Part shown: positions 43,113 through 54,194 of the stretch, one piece after another
Layout of the letters: every line of letters starts with the position of its first letter
Numbering within the stretch: the stretch's first letter is position 1
Assembly (NCBI RefSeq): GCF_000143415.4
Contig: NW_003314267.1
Location: 3,161,407 to 3,225,406, forward strand
Length of the DNA stretch: 64,000 nt
DNA from: Selaginella moellendorffii
Taxonomy: Eukaryota; Plantae; Lycopodiophyta
Reading direction: 5' to 3'
The notes under the pieces: generated by a model
Databases searched by the model: none
Told to the model about the DNA's origin: nothing
The model's input: the letters and a program-made list of their open reading frames with translations, nothing else
Program-made: the position numbers and the translations under genes

Positions 43113-45868
43113 CTAGTGTTCTACTCGTGCCACGAGTTCTTCCTTTATCAGCTTCGAAAGATCGACAATCTGAAACATTCCCTATCAAAATGAGAAACAT
43201 CAAAACAAGAAATTACCCCAGGATAATGTCGAAGAGCCGCGGAGTAATGCTCCAGCGCTACAAAAACTCTTTCCAGCAAGTTCACAAGATAGTCGTTTTC
43301 GTCACCAAGTAAGTCCACCTACAAAGTTTCCATATAAACTTCACGGAAAACAAAAAAAAGCACAACCTCTTCCTCAGCCTTTCGTAGATTTCTGAGGTAG
43401 TTGCTTAATTTCCGTTTGCGATCAACGTCTTTCGCTTTCGTGTACTTGCTCAAGGACGCCATCCGCTTGTTGAGCTTCGCGATTCTGCACGTTTCACAGC
43501 AAGTCAATCTGTGGTAACAGATAGAAATGGCAAACCTCGCATCATTTTCTTCAAGTGTTCGTCCCACAGTCGCGAAATTCTCTGTTACGGTCTTCATATT
43601 TTTTTCGATGACTTGTCGCAGATCGTTGCGGGTATCAGAGATTCCTCGATGAAGGGCGATTACTTCACCACGTAGTTTTTTGTGATCTTCTGCTATTGCC
43701 GCCTTCACTTTTAGCACGTCATTCAGCTCCTTTTGTAGTGATTCTAGCCGCTGAGTTGCAAGTTCTAGCTCGGATCCTATGCGCGTCTTGTGAGCCCTTT
43801 CAGTTTCTAGCTGAGCAAGCACGACGTCTAACTGCCGCTTGATCAGACATGCGTCCTGCTTAACGTTCTGCAACTCCCCTTCCTTGTTCATCCTTGCTTG
43901 CTTCTCCATCTCTATTTGCTTCAAGAGTCTTTCCAGCTCCCCGTTCGAAAGATTTATATTGTGTTCCAACTCCTGAAGTTCCACCGTGAAAGCGAAGTTC
44001 TGACGCTTCTCGTCCTCTAGCGCTTTGAGTGCAGATTCGTATTCCATGCTCAAGACACTCAAGTCGTGCTGAACGTCTGACTGTGTTCTTTGAGTGCTGT
44101 CATCTGGCTTGGCCATTCCAGTGTCCAGCATCAGCTGCTGAATATCATTTTGGAGCTCGGAAACTAGAACGGGTAACTCCTCCGTGAATCTTCCGTAGTC
44201 ATTCGTAAACGATTCACTGCGTGACGACACACTGTCCGTGTCGCTGTGCTCGTCCATGCAAGCGCTTGGGGATGGTTGACAAGAATCACCTTGCCTTTTG
44301 TCCAGAATCCTGTCCAGCTTCTGTCTGCTATCAGCAAATTGCTTCTTCAAGATTCCAAACTCGTACTGGCCGCCTTCCAGCTTCAGTTTATCAAGCTCCT
44401 TGAAGAAATCCCGCTTCAACCTGAACATTTCCTCCGTCTTCTCTACCAAAACCTGTTCCTTTTCCCTTCGTAGCTTTGCGTTTTCTCTTTGAAGATCGGC
44501 AACCTGCGAAACGGTTTGACCTCCAACATCTTCGGTACTAATCGAGTCGGACCTCCCAACACCGGAGCTCGCAAGCTCCTGAAGTTTCCTCACGAAATAT
44601 TCAAGAAGAACGTCCAATTCAATCTGGTACTGATGATGTTGTTCTATAAGCCCTTCAGGAACATATGTCGTACTGGGAAGTCGTGCTCGACTTCGAGATT
44701 TGCAGTACCGAACATACTTTTGGAATTCCAAAGATCCCTGGCGAGCCATGTCCGTCCCTTGCGCCCTCCCCGGATCAAAGTCCGCAGCGTCCCTGATGTC
44801 CTCAGAAAAGCCCGTGAAGCAGTCTAGTATGAGCTCCTTCTCTAGTTCATCCATCGCCATTTTCGTCATTTCGTCCACCACCTGTTGCTGAGACATCGTG
44901 TTTTCTCCGCTACCCGGTATACTAACAGACTCGTCTGTGCCGAGAGAAGCCTTGTCCATCTCCGTTTCCTGTTCCACCTTCCTGTGACTATAAAAGTCCT
45001 CGACTTGCCCCTCGTAAACATCCATAAGAATGTTAATCTCCTGTTCATGCTGCGTTCTCTCTTCCTCGAGACGTGACTGAAGACCCTCCATTGCCTCCAT
45101 GCTTTCCTTCTGAACTTCGATCAAATGGGAAACTTCCTCGTTCACCTTCTCCAGCGCCGAAATCGTCGACACTAGTTCCAAGTTTTCTTCTCTCAGGGCC
45201 TCGTTCTCCGCAGCCACCTCCTCCAGTTGTTCTCTGTGCCTAGCCGCCTTGATCCTGATCTCACTCCTGAGCATCTCAACCTCTGAGCTCCTCTCCCGCT
45301 TCAAGTCCTCGATCTCTTCGCTGAGAGCATTGATCCTCCTTTGCTTGCCGGAGTCCCTAGCAACTATGTCCTTGATCTTCTTCTCGAGAGCAACACTGTT
45401 AAGGCTCTCGCCTTGCAACCGGAACGTCAAGTCTATCAAGTTCTCCGCCATCTTGGACAGATCCCGCTCCTTCTCCAGCAGACTCATCTCGTTCTCCTTC
45501 ATCTTTTCCAGAAACTCCGACGCAATCTTCTTCATCTTCGACGAGCTCTCCTCCGCTGCCCGGCTCTTCTCGCTCTCCAGCCGACCAATCTCCGCATTCT
45601 TCTCGGCCAGTAGAGCCAGAGACTCATCCGAGAGAGCTCTCACAATACCCCTCAGCACCGATTGCCCTACGACGCTGGAAACCACGATCTTGCACTCGAG
45701 ATCCTCGATGAGGCAATCCTGCGCTACCTTGAGCCGCGTGAAAGCATCCTCGTCGTAGCCGAAATCGCCCGACCCGCGCCTGGAAAGCGCTGCCTCCTCG
45801 ATCGCTGCCACTCCATTCTCCTTGATGTTGATCTGGTGCCTGGGCGAGGATTTGAATGCCGACGGCAT
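43113..45868 (-). CDS. WAP: WPP domain-associated protein (WAP)-like long coiled-coil protein
   Basis: First ATG at 45868 (the track start is TTG). [13 protein letters not shown], and a spliced C-terminus [52 protein letters not shown], typical of WAP. Confidence 0.8.
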
Positions 45869-46153
45869 TTTCGCCGCGCTGCCGTGCTGCCGGACCAGGA
45901 CTTCTAGATGCGCGGAGCTCGGATCTCTATACCCTAATCTAGGCGCCAAGGGAAAGTACCTCTATCGGAGAACCAGCGTGGCGCTAGGGCTGGGCCCTGG
46001 CGCTATATCCCCAGCTCCTCTTCCAGTCTTAGAACCATCCTGGCCGGGAATCGAACCATCGACCGATCTATTGGGCGGGAGATTCTAGTTTCGAAACTAA
46101 ATATTTCGTTGGAGCAGTTTAAGTAAGAACCCTAGAAAATATTTCCAAGGAGA

Positions 46154-47978
46154 ATGGAGCACCAAGATCCAGCGCTGTGGGATCACCACGAGGAAGGCAA
46201 TGCCAGCGGTGAGTACCACCAGGATTACGAGCATTACTATGGCGATCACGGCGGCTATCACTACGGGCAGGAGCAGCAGCCGCAGGTCGAGGCTCTCGAT
46301 CCGCTACACATCGAGGGCTTTGATCCAAGCGCGCGTCATCTAGACTACGACGAACAGCAGCAGCAGCATCTCGGCGGAGGAGGTGAGCACGATCTGAATT
46401 TCCGGGAGCAAGGGTTTGATCCCAACGCTTATTTCGACCAGGCTCATGACCCTCCCGGGCAGTATGATCCACAGCAGCACTATGATCCACAGCAGCAGTA
46501 CTATGATCCCCAGCAGCACAATGTCGAGTATGATTCACAGCAGCAGTCCTATGATCCCCAGCAGCACAATGTCGAGTATGATTCACAGCACTACCAGGCG
46601 GATTATGATCCTCAGCAGCATGGGCAGTATGATCCACAGCAGTATGATCCACAACAGCATGATCCACAGCAGCCCCAGCATCATGATGCTTGGTCTGGGA
46701 TCCACGACGCTTACGACCACGCAGGCCAAGCTGTTCACGAGGCTTACGACCACGCGAGGGATGCTCTACACGACGCTTACGACCACACAAAGCACGCTCT
46801 GGATGCTATCAAGGTGGGCGACGCTCTCGACCACACCAAGCACGGATTGGACAGTGCTTACGATCGCACCAAGCACGCAGTGGAGGGCGCCTGGGACACT
46901 GTGAAGTCTACCCAAGCTTATGGGAAAGCCGCCCAAGTTTTGGATCAGACCAGGGAGGCAGTGGAGGGTGCTCTTCAGACCGTTCGAGAAAAGTTGCCTC
47001 CACCGGTGGTCAGAGCGTATGATCAGGCCAGAGCCGTGGTGGAAAGTGCCGTGGATCACACGAAGGTGGCGTATGAGAGTGTTAAGACGAAGGTGGCTCC
47101 GACTGTTACTAGTTTGCTCAGCCAGCTCCCGTTTAAGACCGACAAGAACAGCCTCATCTTTTACGGTGCTAGGTAATTTTCAATGCTTTTTGGTCCTGTC
47201 GTACTGAAGATTTATGCCTTTGTAGTTTCGCTCCAGTGTTGGCTTTGTGATACTTCTTATGACAGTGATTCTCATAGCAATGAAGCCGAAGGGTGCGTCG
47301 AAAAAGTCCAAGCCGAAGGTGATAAATTATGACGAACTGATCGGCGCAATGACTGTAGAAGCTCCAGGTTGGCTGGCATTTTCCGCTGCTTTCAATCTTC
47401 TAAAACTGCGCGGCTTTTGTGTGCAGTATATGACTATACAAACGGTAATAAGGGGCCACTGAACTGGGGAGCAGTTTCAAAGGATTGGTTTCTCTGCAAC
47501 TCAGGCGAGCGGCAGTCCCCTATTGACCTGGTGAGTGCAAACGCACAGGTTGACAAGTCTCTTACTCTTGAGAAAGTGTTTGGATATCCCATGGGAAGCT
47601 TAAAGTCGGGTCGCTATATCTATCAGGTTTGCTTGACATCAAGTGCTAGCTAGAGTTTAACCGCTGTTTCTACTTCAGCTAGAGTTTCTTCTTCCAGGAG
47701 GCAATCTCATTATCGCTGCCCAAAAGTTCAGGCTCTACAAGATTCATTTTCATATGCCCAGCGAACACATGATCGATTCGACAAGGTTTGAAAGAAAATG
47801 CGAAATACCTCACAACTGTGTTGTGAACAGGTACAAGCTGGAGATGCAGATGATTTTTCTATCAGACCAGGGAGCGTATGCTGTCATTGCCGTTTTCTAC
47901 GATTCGGGTCAAGTCACCAATCCATTTCTCAATGAGGTAAGCATCTCAAATGGCATTTTCATGCATACTTAGCACTAT

Positions 47979-48024
<46 letters not shown>

Positions 48025-48372
48025 GATCATCAAGTGGAAGCCTACCACTCAACTCAACACAAACAACCTCAACTTGGGAACCAGTTTCTTTCGTTACTGG
48101 GGCTCATTGACAACACCTCCGTGCACACAAAATGTCATTTGGACCCTGATGACAGAGGTTTATTCTTTCTCTCACACCCAAACAACCTTTTGAATTCCAT
48201 CCTTGCAGGTCGTCCCAGCTTCTGATGATCAGTTCAACATCATCAAGACCGCGATGCAGGTATTCTTGTACCGAGCATTCTCCTAGTTCTAACCAACATT
48301 TTCTCTATACAGGAGTACAACGCGAGGCCCACACAAGATCTGAGAGGACGGCAAGTGAGCAAAAACTTCTAA
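46154..48372 (+). CDS. Type II membrane alpha-carbonic-anhydrase-like protein with long repeat-rich N-terminus; multi-exon
   Basis: Exon 1 (46154-47172) splices to 47237, giving TM helix LIFYGASVGFVILLMTVILIAM. Then alpha-CA motifs GPLNWG, CNSGERQSPIDL, HFHMPSEH, LEMQM, FRYWGSLTTPPCTQNVIW, NARPTQ. Stop at 48372. Confidence 0.8.
47984..48023 (+). repeat. (CT)n microsatellite in intron
   Basis: About 20 CT units forming the polypyrimidine tract of a CA-like gene intron. Confidence 0.9.
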
Positions 48373-48524
48373 ACCAAGTCGATGAACTTCCATGACAAGC
48401 ACAAAGAGTAAGCAGCGTTTCTATCTATTTGCCATGGCTTTGACAAAGAAGAAGAAATTTTGTTTAGCAGTCGAGAAGGAACTTCTATTCGACAAGCACA
48501 CGATACAAACAAGCATAATGTTGG

Positions 48525-49858
48525 TTACAATCCCAGGCCCACCGTTCGACCATCGCGTCGCCGCAACCCAGCCGAGAACTGCTTCTCCAGATCCTCCTGG
48601 ACGACGCGATGCTTGTCCTGAGGAACAGCCGCCGCCACCGCCGCCGCTGGAGCGCCTCCATCTCGCACTGGAGCGCCGCTGCCTTGGTTGGATTTTAATC
48701 CCTGCAAACGTAGAGGAGCAGCAAACCACACTCAGGCTCTGTAGGAGCGTTAGCACGTTTCATCACTGGCAGGAAACCTCCAAAAGCTTACTTACCATAA
48801 GTTTGTGGAACTTCTCCTGCCTCTCCCGGTCGGCGAATTGGACGGTGTCCCAGTGGCTCTTTCCAGCCGCGGGAGGCCCCTGTAGAGACACATTCTTAAA
48901 GAGAGGAGAGTAAAAAAGGAAACTTCTCTCACCTCGTTTGATTCGGCACGCTTTCCAGACCACAAGAGTTTCTTCTTTGCATCGGCGGTCATGAAGCTAG
49001 AACCTCCCAGATTCACATTCACTATACAGCAAGAAAAAGTTGTTAGCGTTCTCTCAAGTGAAAACATGAAAGCAAAAGAAGAATAATGGAAAGCTTATCG
49101 TCCTCTCTCAAAAGAAGAAAACTGGAATCGAGAGAGAGAGAGAGAGAGCGAAAGAAGAAAAGTGAAAAGCTTATCGTTGTCTCGAGAGAGAAGCAAAAGA
49201 AGAAAAATGATCTTGGCTTACCAGTTTGAGCTGCCTTGATTGCCGCATTCGTAGCGGCAGCTCCATCCACCTCCAAATTCTCATTTTGCGCTGCTCGAGC
49301 CTCGACACCATTGTGCTCGAGCTCGACTCTCTCTTTCCCATTGTCGGGAGATTTGGCGCTTTTTCCTTGGCCGCTACTCCCTTCGTCTCTCTCCTTGCGC
49401 TTGTGACTGTCCCTGTGACTGTCCCTGTGCCTCCCGTGATCATCCCTTTCCTTTCCTCTCGACCGATCCCTCTCCCTGTGCTCATCCCTTGATCTTCCCC
49501 GGCCCCGCTCCCAGTCCCTCTCTCTATCCCTATCCCTCTCCCTCTCCCGCCTCTCGCGATCCCTCTCACGCTCCTTATCTCTGCCGCCGTAAGAGTGAGA
49601 ATGCGAATGCGAGTGAGAATGCCGGCTCCCCCGAGACCTCTCTCTGTCCGATTCCCTGTGCCTCACCCTCGCTTCGTCCTCTCTTCTAGGACTCCTGGCG
49701 CGCTTACCTGTGAAATCGCCCGCCATAGCTCAGCCAAACGCCCGAAATATTTCCCAGACAAGCAGTATTACCTGAATCATCCGCTCCCGGCGAGCTCGAT
49801 CTCGACCTCGACGAGTGATGCCGCCGCAGCTGCTCGTGCTGATTTTCCTCCTCCACCT

Positions 49859-49892
<34 letters not shown>

Positions 49893-49994
49893 ATCCAGCG
49901 GCTGTGCCGCTTGCTCCTCTAGCGGTGCATTGGCCTCCGCCAGAGCACAGGCCGACACCGACGCTAGCGCCGAGAGCGCAGCTCCTCCCTCCAT
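48525..49994 (-). CDS. Arg/Ser-rich coiled-coil protein (RSRC2-like) with C-terminal SMAP domain, multi-exon
   Basis: RE/RD/RS-rich region, then AAIKAAQ, MTADAKKKLLWSGK, WDTVQFADRERQEKFHKLM, LEKQFSAGLRRRDGRTVGLGL*. Confidence 0.85.
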
Positions 49995-50116
49995 AGCTTC
50001 ACCCTAATCCAAGGGTTTGCTTTATTTATATACCCCAAAACTTCAACATGATTAGCTAACTAACAAATTTTTAATTAACACAAACCTAATTACTCACAGA
50101 AAGAGAACAATTCCTC

Positions 50117-51373
50117 TCACATTTCTATGAAGACTTTGATGTAACCATCCTCTTTGTTGAAGAGCTTGCTGTATGCTTCCGGCGCGTCCTCCAGCTTGAT
50201 CCTGTGAGTGACCATGAAGCTCGGATCAAACTTTCCACTCTTGACGTGATCCATCACCGTGTCGAAGTAGCGCTGGCACGGGCATTGCCCCGATCGCAGC
50301 GTCAAGTGCTTCATCATCAGCATGCCAATCCCAAAGTGATTGCAGTAGCCAAGGTAGTCCGCGATCACGGACACCCGCCCCCACTTCCTCGTCGCCAGAA
50401 GTAACTCGTTAAGAATGTCCGCGGTGTCGGTCTCCAACCCCACCGTGCGCTCCACCTTGTGAAGGATAGTCACAGGGAACCGGAACCCCGCCGCTTCGAT
50501 GCTCGCGTCCACTCCTCCCGGAACCAGCTCAAAGATCCTCTTTGGAACGTCCTTGACGGAGTTTCGATCGATGACTGTGATCCCCAGCTTCTTCTCCGCC
50601 ACCTCCAGCCTCTCCTTGACGAAATCTATCCCGACCACCTTGGAAGCTCCCATGATCTGGCACCACCTCGCGGCGCAAAGCCCGATCGGTCCCAGCCCCC
50701 AGATAGCCACGGTTTCACCAGCTTTCACTCCCCCGGCCAGCATCACGGCGTGGTAGGACGTGCACAGAACGTCCGAGAGATAGAGCGCCTTCTCGTCCGG
50801 GACCTCGTCCGGGATCTTGTAGCAGTTCACGTCCGCGAAGGGGACTCGGACAAACTCGGCCTGCGAGCCAGGAACTCCACCGAGCAAGTTTCCATAGCCG
50901 AAGATCCCAGAGTGCCTGTGACCGTAGACGAACTCGCTGAGCTTCGAGTCGTTGGTGGTGTCGCAGCCTGTGAACTCACCGCGCTTGCAGTAGTCGCACT
51001 CGCCACAGGCAATATCGAAGGCGATGACGACTCGGTCCCCGGCCTTGAACTTGGTCACCGCTTCACCCACCTCGGACACCACACCGCAGCCTTCGTGTCC
51101 CATGATCTGGCCTTTGGAGGTGTCGGGAACCTCTCCGGCGTAGACGTGAGAGTCGGAGCCGGAGCAAATGGTGCAAGCAGTGACTTTGACGATCACGTCC
51201 TTCGGATGCGTGATGACCGGCTTCGGTACCTTGTCCAACGAAATTGTTTTCTTTCCCTGCCATGTAATCGCTCGCATCACCTCCGTGTCCGATGTTGCTG
51301 GCCTCGTCGAGCCTTGAGCCACCGGGACCTTCCCAACTTTCTCATCTAGAGCCTGCGCGGCGGCGTTCATCAT
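50117..51373 (-). CDS. Zn-dependent MDR dehydrogenase, glutathione-dependent formaldehyde-dehydrogenase-like (YbdR-type), copy 1
   Basis: TIC.GSD.H, GHE, structural Zn site CGECDYC..C, GSQAEFVRVPFAD, LSDVLCTSYHA, Rossmann WGLGPIG. Intronless. Confidence 0.9.
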   Translation of the reverse strand: MMNAAAQALDEKVGKVPVAQGSTRPATSDTEVMRAITWQGKKTISLDKVPKPVITHPKDVIVKVTACTICSGSDSHVYAGEVPDTSKGQIMGHEGCGVVSEVGEAVTKFKAGDRVVIAFDIACGECDYCKRGEFTGCDTTNDSKLSEFVYGHRHSGIFGYGNLLGGVPGSQAEFVRVPFADVNCYKIPDEVPDEKALYLSDVLCTSYHAVMLAGGVKAGETVAIWGLGPIGLCAARWCQIMGASKVVGIDFVKERLEVAEKKLGITVIDRNSVKDVPKRIFELVPGGVDASIEAAGFRFPVTILHKVERTVGLETDTADILNELLLATRKWGRVSVIADYLGYCNHFGIGMLMMKHLTLRSGQCPCQRYFDTVMDHVKSGKFDPSFMVTHRIKLEDAPEAYSKLFNKEDGYIKVFIEM

Positions 51374-51641
51374 AGCGAGTGAGAAGCTTTGAGAAAACCA
51401 AAGAGCTAGCGAGCTTTCTTCCCTTTCCGGAGAAACCCGAGAAGATTTTCGATCGATCGCCCACTCGAGTTTTCACCAGTTGGAGAACTTCGGCTTGGTT
51501 GACACCTGTAGCTTCAACTAGGAACAGGTGGCAGCCACTATCCATGCATGCAAGTATATGCGTGGACAAATCTAGAACAAGGAAATCGGAAACCAGAGAA
51601 ACAAGAAAACTTGCCTGAGATCAGTCATTGCTTCGCACGTA

Positions 51642-52268
51642 CTTAGAGTTAAGCCGCGGTTCCTGATTTCTTTTCCTTCCCTGGAAAACTTCAAGTGAGC
51701 TTTCCTGCGCCCGTTCACGACTCTCCAGACAGTACTGAGCCTCCACGTCTTCGTTGGTTCAATGTTGTGGTTCTTCATCCGGTGAAGGAAGTCGGTTGGC
51801 ATCCTCTTTCTAGAAACGTAGACGTTTGTAGACCTTCACGTCACCGCAGGAGCCGTAGTTTCTCGGCCGAGTGTATGTCGCCCCTCTTGGAGCAAAGCCA
51901 CCAAAAGAGCTTCCGGTAGAAAGTTGTAGGGAAGGAAGCAACTATTGCCGATGTGCTCTGGTCCATCATCTCATCCAGATGTATGGAATTTGAGGAATCC
52001 GCTCGAACTTTTGCAGCACTTCCTCCAGCACCTAATAAACCAAAGGACTTGATTGCGGAGATGTAGCTGGAGTAGCAACTTGTTCGCTCTTGAGCAGCGT
52101 CCACATCCTGTCCACCATCTTCCGCTTTCCCAAGAGCGCATAGGAAACGGATTATCAGGTTGAGTAGCCGTGTGTCTGCCTCTTCGAAGTTCGTTCTCGT
52201 GGCAACAGCGGTAAGAAAAGCTGTGGTTGCCTCAAACTTCAAACACTCTGGCATGATTTTGAAACAAA
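51642..52268 (-). pseudogene. Deletion-riddled copy of the 3' part of the PPR gene at 54195-55898
   Basis: Collinear blocks match 54195-55338 (RTNFEEADTRLLNLI, ISAIKSFGL, KRGDIHSAEKL, HRMKNHNIEP), with many short deletions and frameshifts. Confidence 0.88.
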
Positions 52269-52300
52269 TCTGAGTCGGCAGCTTGTTTGCCTAGCACCAC

Positions 52301-52598
52301 GGCCTCGTTTGATTCACAAGAGTTTCTTTTTTGCATCGCAGATTCACATTCACTATACAGCAAGAGAAGTGTTAACGTAAAACATGAAAGCAAAAGAAGA
52401 AGAAAATGAAATGCTTATCGTTCGAGAGAGAGAGAAGCGAAAGAAGGAAAATAAAAAGCTTATCGTTCTCTGTGCTCTTGGGCTTGGCTTACCAGTTTGA
52501 GCTGCCTTGATCGCCGCATTCGTAGCGGCAGCTCCATCCACCTCCAAATTCACATAGAGCACAGCCCGACAAGAGCGCCATAGCTAGCTTCGCCCTAG
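52301..52598 (-). pseudogene. Deletion-riddled remnant of the RSRC2/SMAP gene
   Basis: Blocks match 48932-49280 (NLEVDGAAATNAAIKAAQTG plus intron) and about 49945-50007. Confidence 0.85.
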
Positions 52599-52678
52599 GA
52601 ATCTATATAACCCCAGTTACACTTGGAAAGTTTACTTTAAAACTAACTTAATCACAGAAGCTATAAGTATCTCCCTTC

Positions 52679-53932
52679 TCACATTTCTATAAAGACTTTG
52701 ATGTAACCATCCTCTTTGTTGAAGAGCTTGCGGTACGCTTCCGGCGCGTCCTCCAGCTTGATCCTGTGAGAAACCATGAAGCTCGGATCAAACTTTCCAC
52801 TCTTGACGTGATCCATCACCGTGTCGAAGTAGCGCTGGCACGGGCACTGCCCCCCTCGCAGCGTCAAGTGCTTCATCATCACCATCCCGATCCCAAAGTG
52901 ATTGCAGTAGCCAAGGTAGTCCGCGATCACGGACACCCGCCCCCACTTCCTCGTCGCCAGAAGCAACTCGTTGAGAATGTCCGCGGTGTCGGTCTCCAAC
53001 CCCACCGTGCGCTCCACCTTGTGAAGGATAGTCACAGGGAACCGGAACCCCGCCGCCTCGATGCTCGCGTCCACTCCACCAGGAACCAGCTCAAAGATCT
53101 TCTTTGGAACGTCCTTGACGGAGTTTCGATCGATGACTGTGATCCCCAGCTTCTTCTCCGCCACCTCCAGCCTCTCCTTGACGAAATCTATCCCGATCAC
53201 CTTGGAAGCGCCCATGATCTGGCACCACCTCGCGGAGCAAAGCCCGATCGGTCCCAGCCCCCAGATAGCCACGGTTTCACCAGCTTTCACTCCCCCGGCC
53301 AGCATCACGGCGTGGTAGGACGTGCACAGGACGTCGGAGAGATACAGCGCCTTCTCGTCCGGGACCTCGTCCGGGATCATGTAGCAGTTCACGTCCGCGA
53401 AGGGGACTCGGACAAACTCGGCCTGCGAGCCCGGGACGCCACCGACCAAGTTTCCATAGCCGAAGGCCCCGGAGTGCCTGTGACCGTACATGAGCTCCAT
53501 GAGCTTGGAATCGTTGGTGGTGTCGCAGCCTGTGAACTCTCCGCGCTTGCAGTAGTCGCACTCGCCACAGGCGATGTCGAAGGCAATGACCACTCGGTCC
53601 CCGGCCTTGAACTTGGTCACCGTTTCTCCCACTTCGGACACCACACCGCAGCCTTCATGTCCCAAAATCTGGCCCTTGGAGGTGTCGGGGATCTCTCCAC
53701 CGTAGATGTGAGAGTCGGAGCCGGAGCAAATAGTGCAAGCAGTGACTTTGACGATCACATCCTTGGGATGGGTGATGAGCGGCTTGGGGACCTTGTCGCA
53801 GGAGACCTTCTTCTTTCCCTGCCATGTAATCGCTCGCATCACCTCCGTGTCTGATGTTGCTGGCCTCGTCGAGCCTTGAGCCACCGGGACCTTCCCAAGT
53901 TTCTCATCTAGAGCCTGCGCGATGACGTTCAT
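52679..53932 (-). CDS. Zn-dependent MDR dehydrogenase, FDH-like (YbdR-type), copy 2
   Basis: First ATG at 53932 (MNVIAQ). Near-identical to copy 1, with all Zn ligands present. Confidence 0.9.
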   Translation of the reverse strand: MNVIAQALDEKLGKVPVAQGSTRPATSDTEVMRAITWQGKKKVSCDKVPKPLITHPKDVIVKVTACTICSGSDSHIYGGEIPDTSKGQILGHEGCGVVSEVGETVTKFKAGDRVVIAFDIACGECDYCKRGEFTGCDTTNDSKLMELMYGHRHSGAFGYGNLVGGVPGSQAEFVRVPFADVNCYMIPDEVPDEKALYLSDVLCTSYHAVMLAGGVKAGETVAIWGLGPIGLCSARWCQIMGASKVIGIDFVKERLEVAEKKLGITVIDRNSVKDVPKKIFELVPGGVDASIEAAGFRFPVTILHKVERTVGLETDTADILNELLLATRKWGRVSVIADYLGYCNHFGIGMVMMKHLTLRGGQCPCQRYFDTVMDHVKSGKFDPSFMVSHRIKLEDAPEAYRKLFNKEDGYIKVFIEM

Positions 53933-54194
53933 TATAGTGAGAAGCTTTGAAAAGAACAAAGAGCTAGCGAGCTAATTTCTTCCCTTTCCTTGTTGTGTTT
54001 TGATCGATCGTTCGCTCCATTTCTCCACTTGGAGAACATCGGCTTGGTTGACACTTGTAACGTCACCAGGAACAGGTGGCAGCCAGTATCCATGCAAGAG
54101 GAGAATCTAGAAAAAAAAAGGAAATAATCAAAGAGAAACAACAAAGACGTTGAAAAACTTGCCTCTAGATCAGTCACTGCTGCGCACGATATAC

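Noticed and set aside
46420-46680. CRISPR-like repeat array
   Set aside because: In-frame coding repeats (YDPQQH) without unique spacers or cas genes, in eukaryotic DNA.
50459-53854. Long antisense ORFs over both dehydrogenases
   Set aside because: Codon-bias shadows. Their similarity simply follows the duplication.
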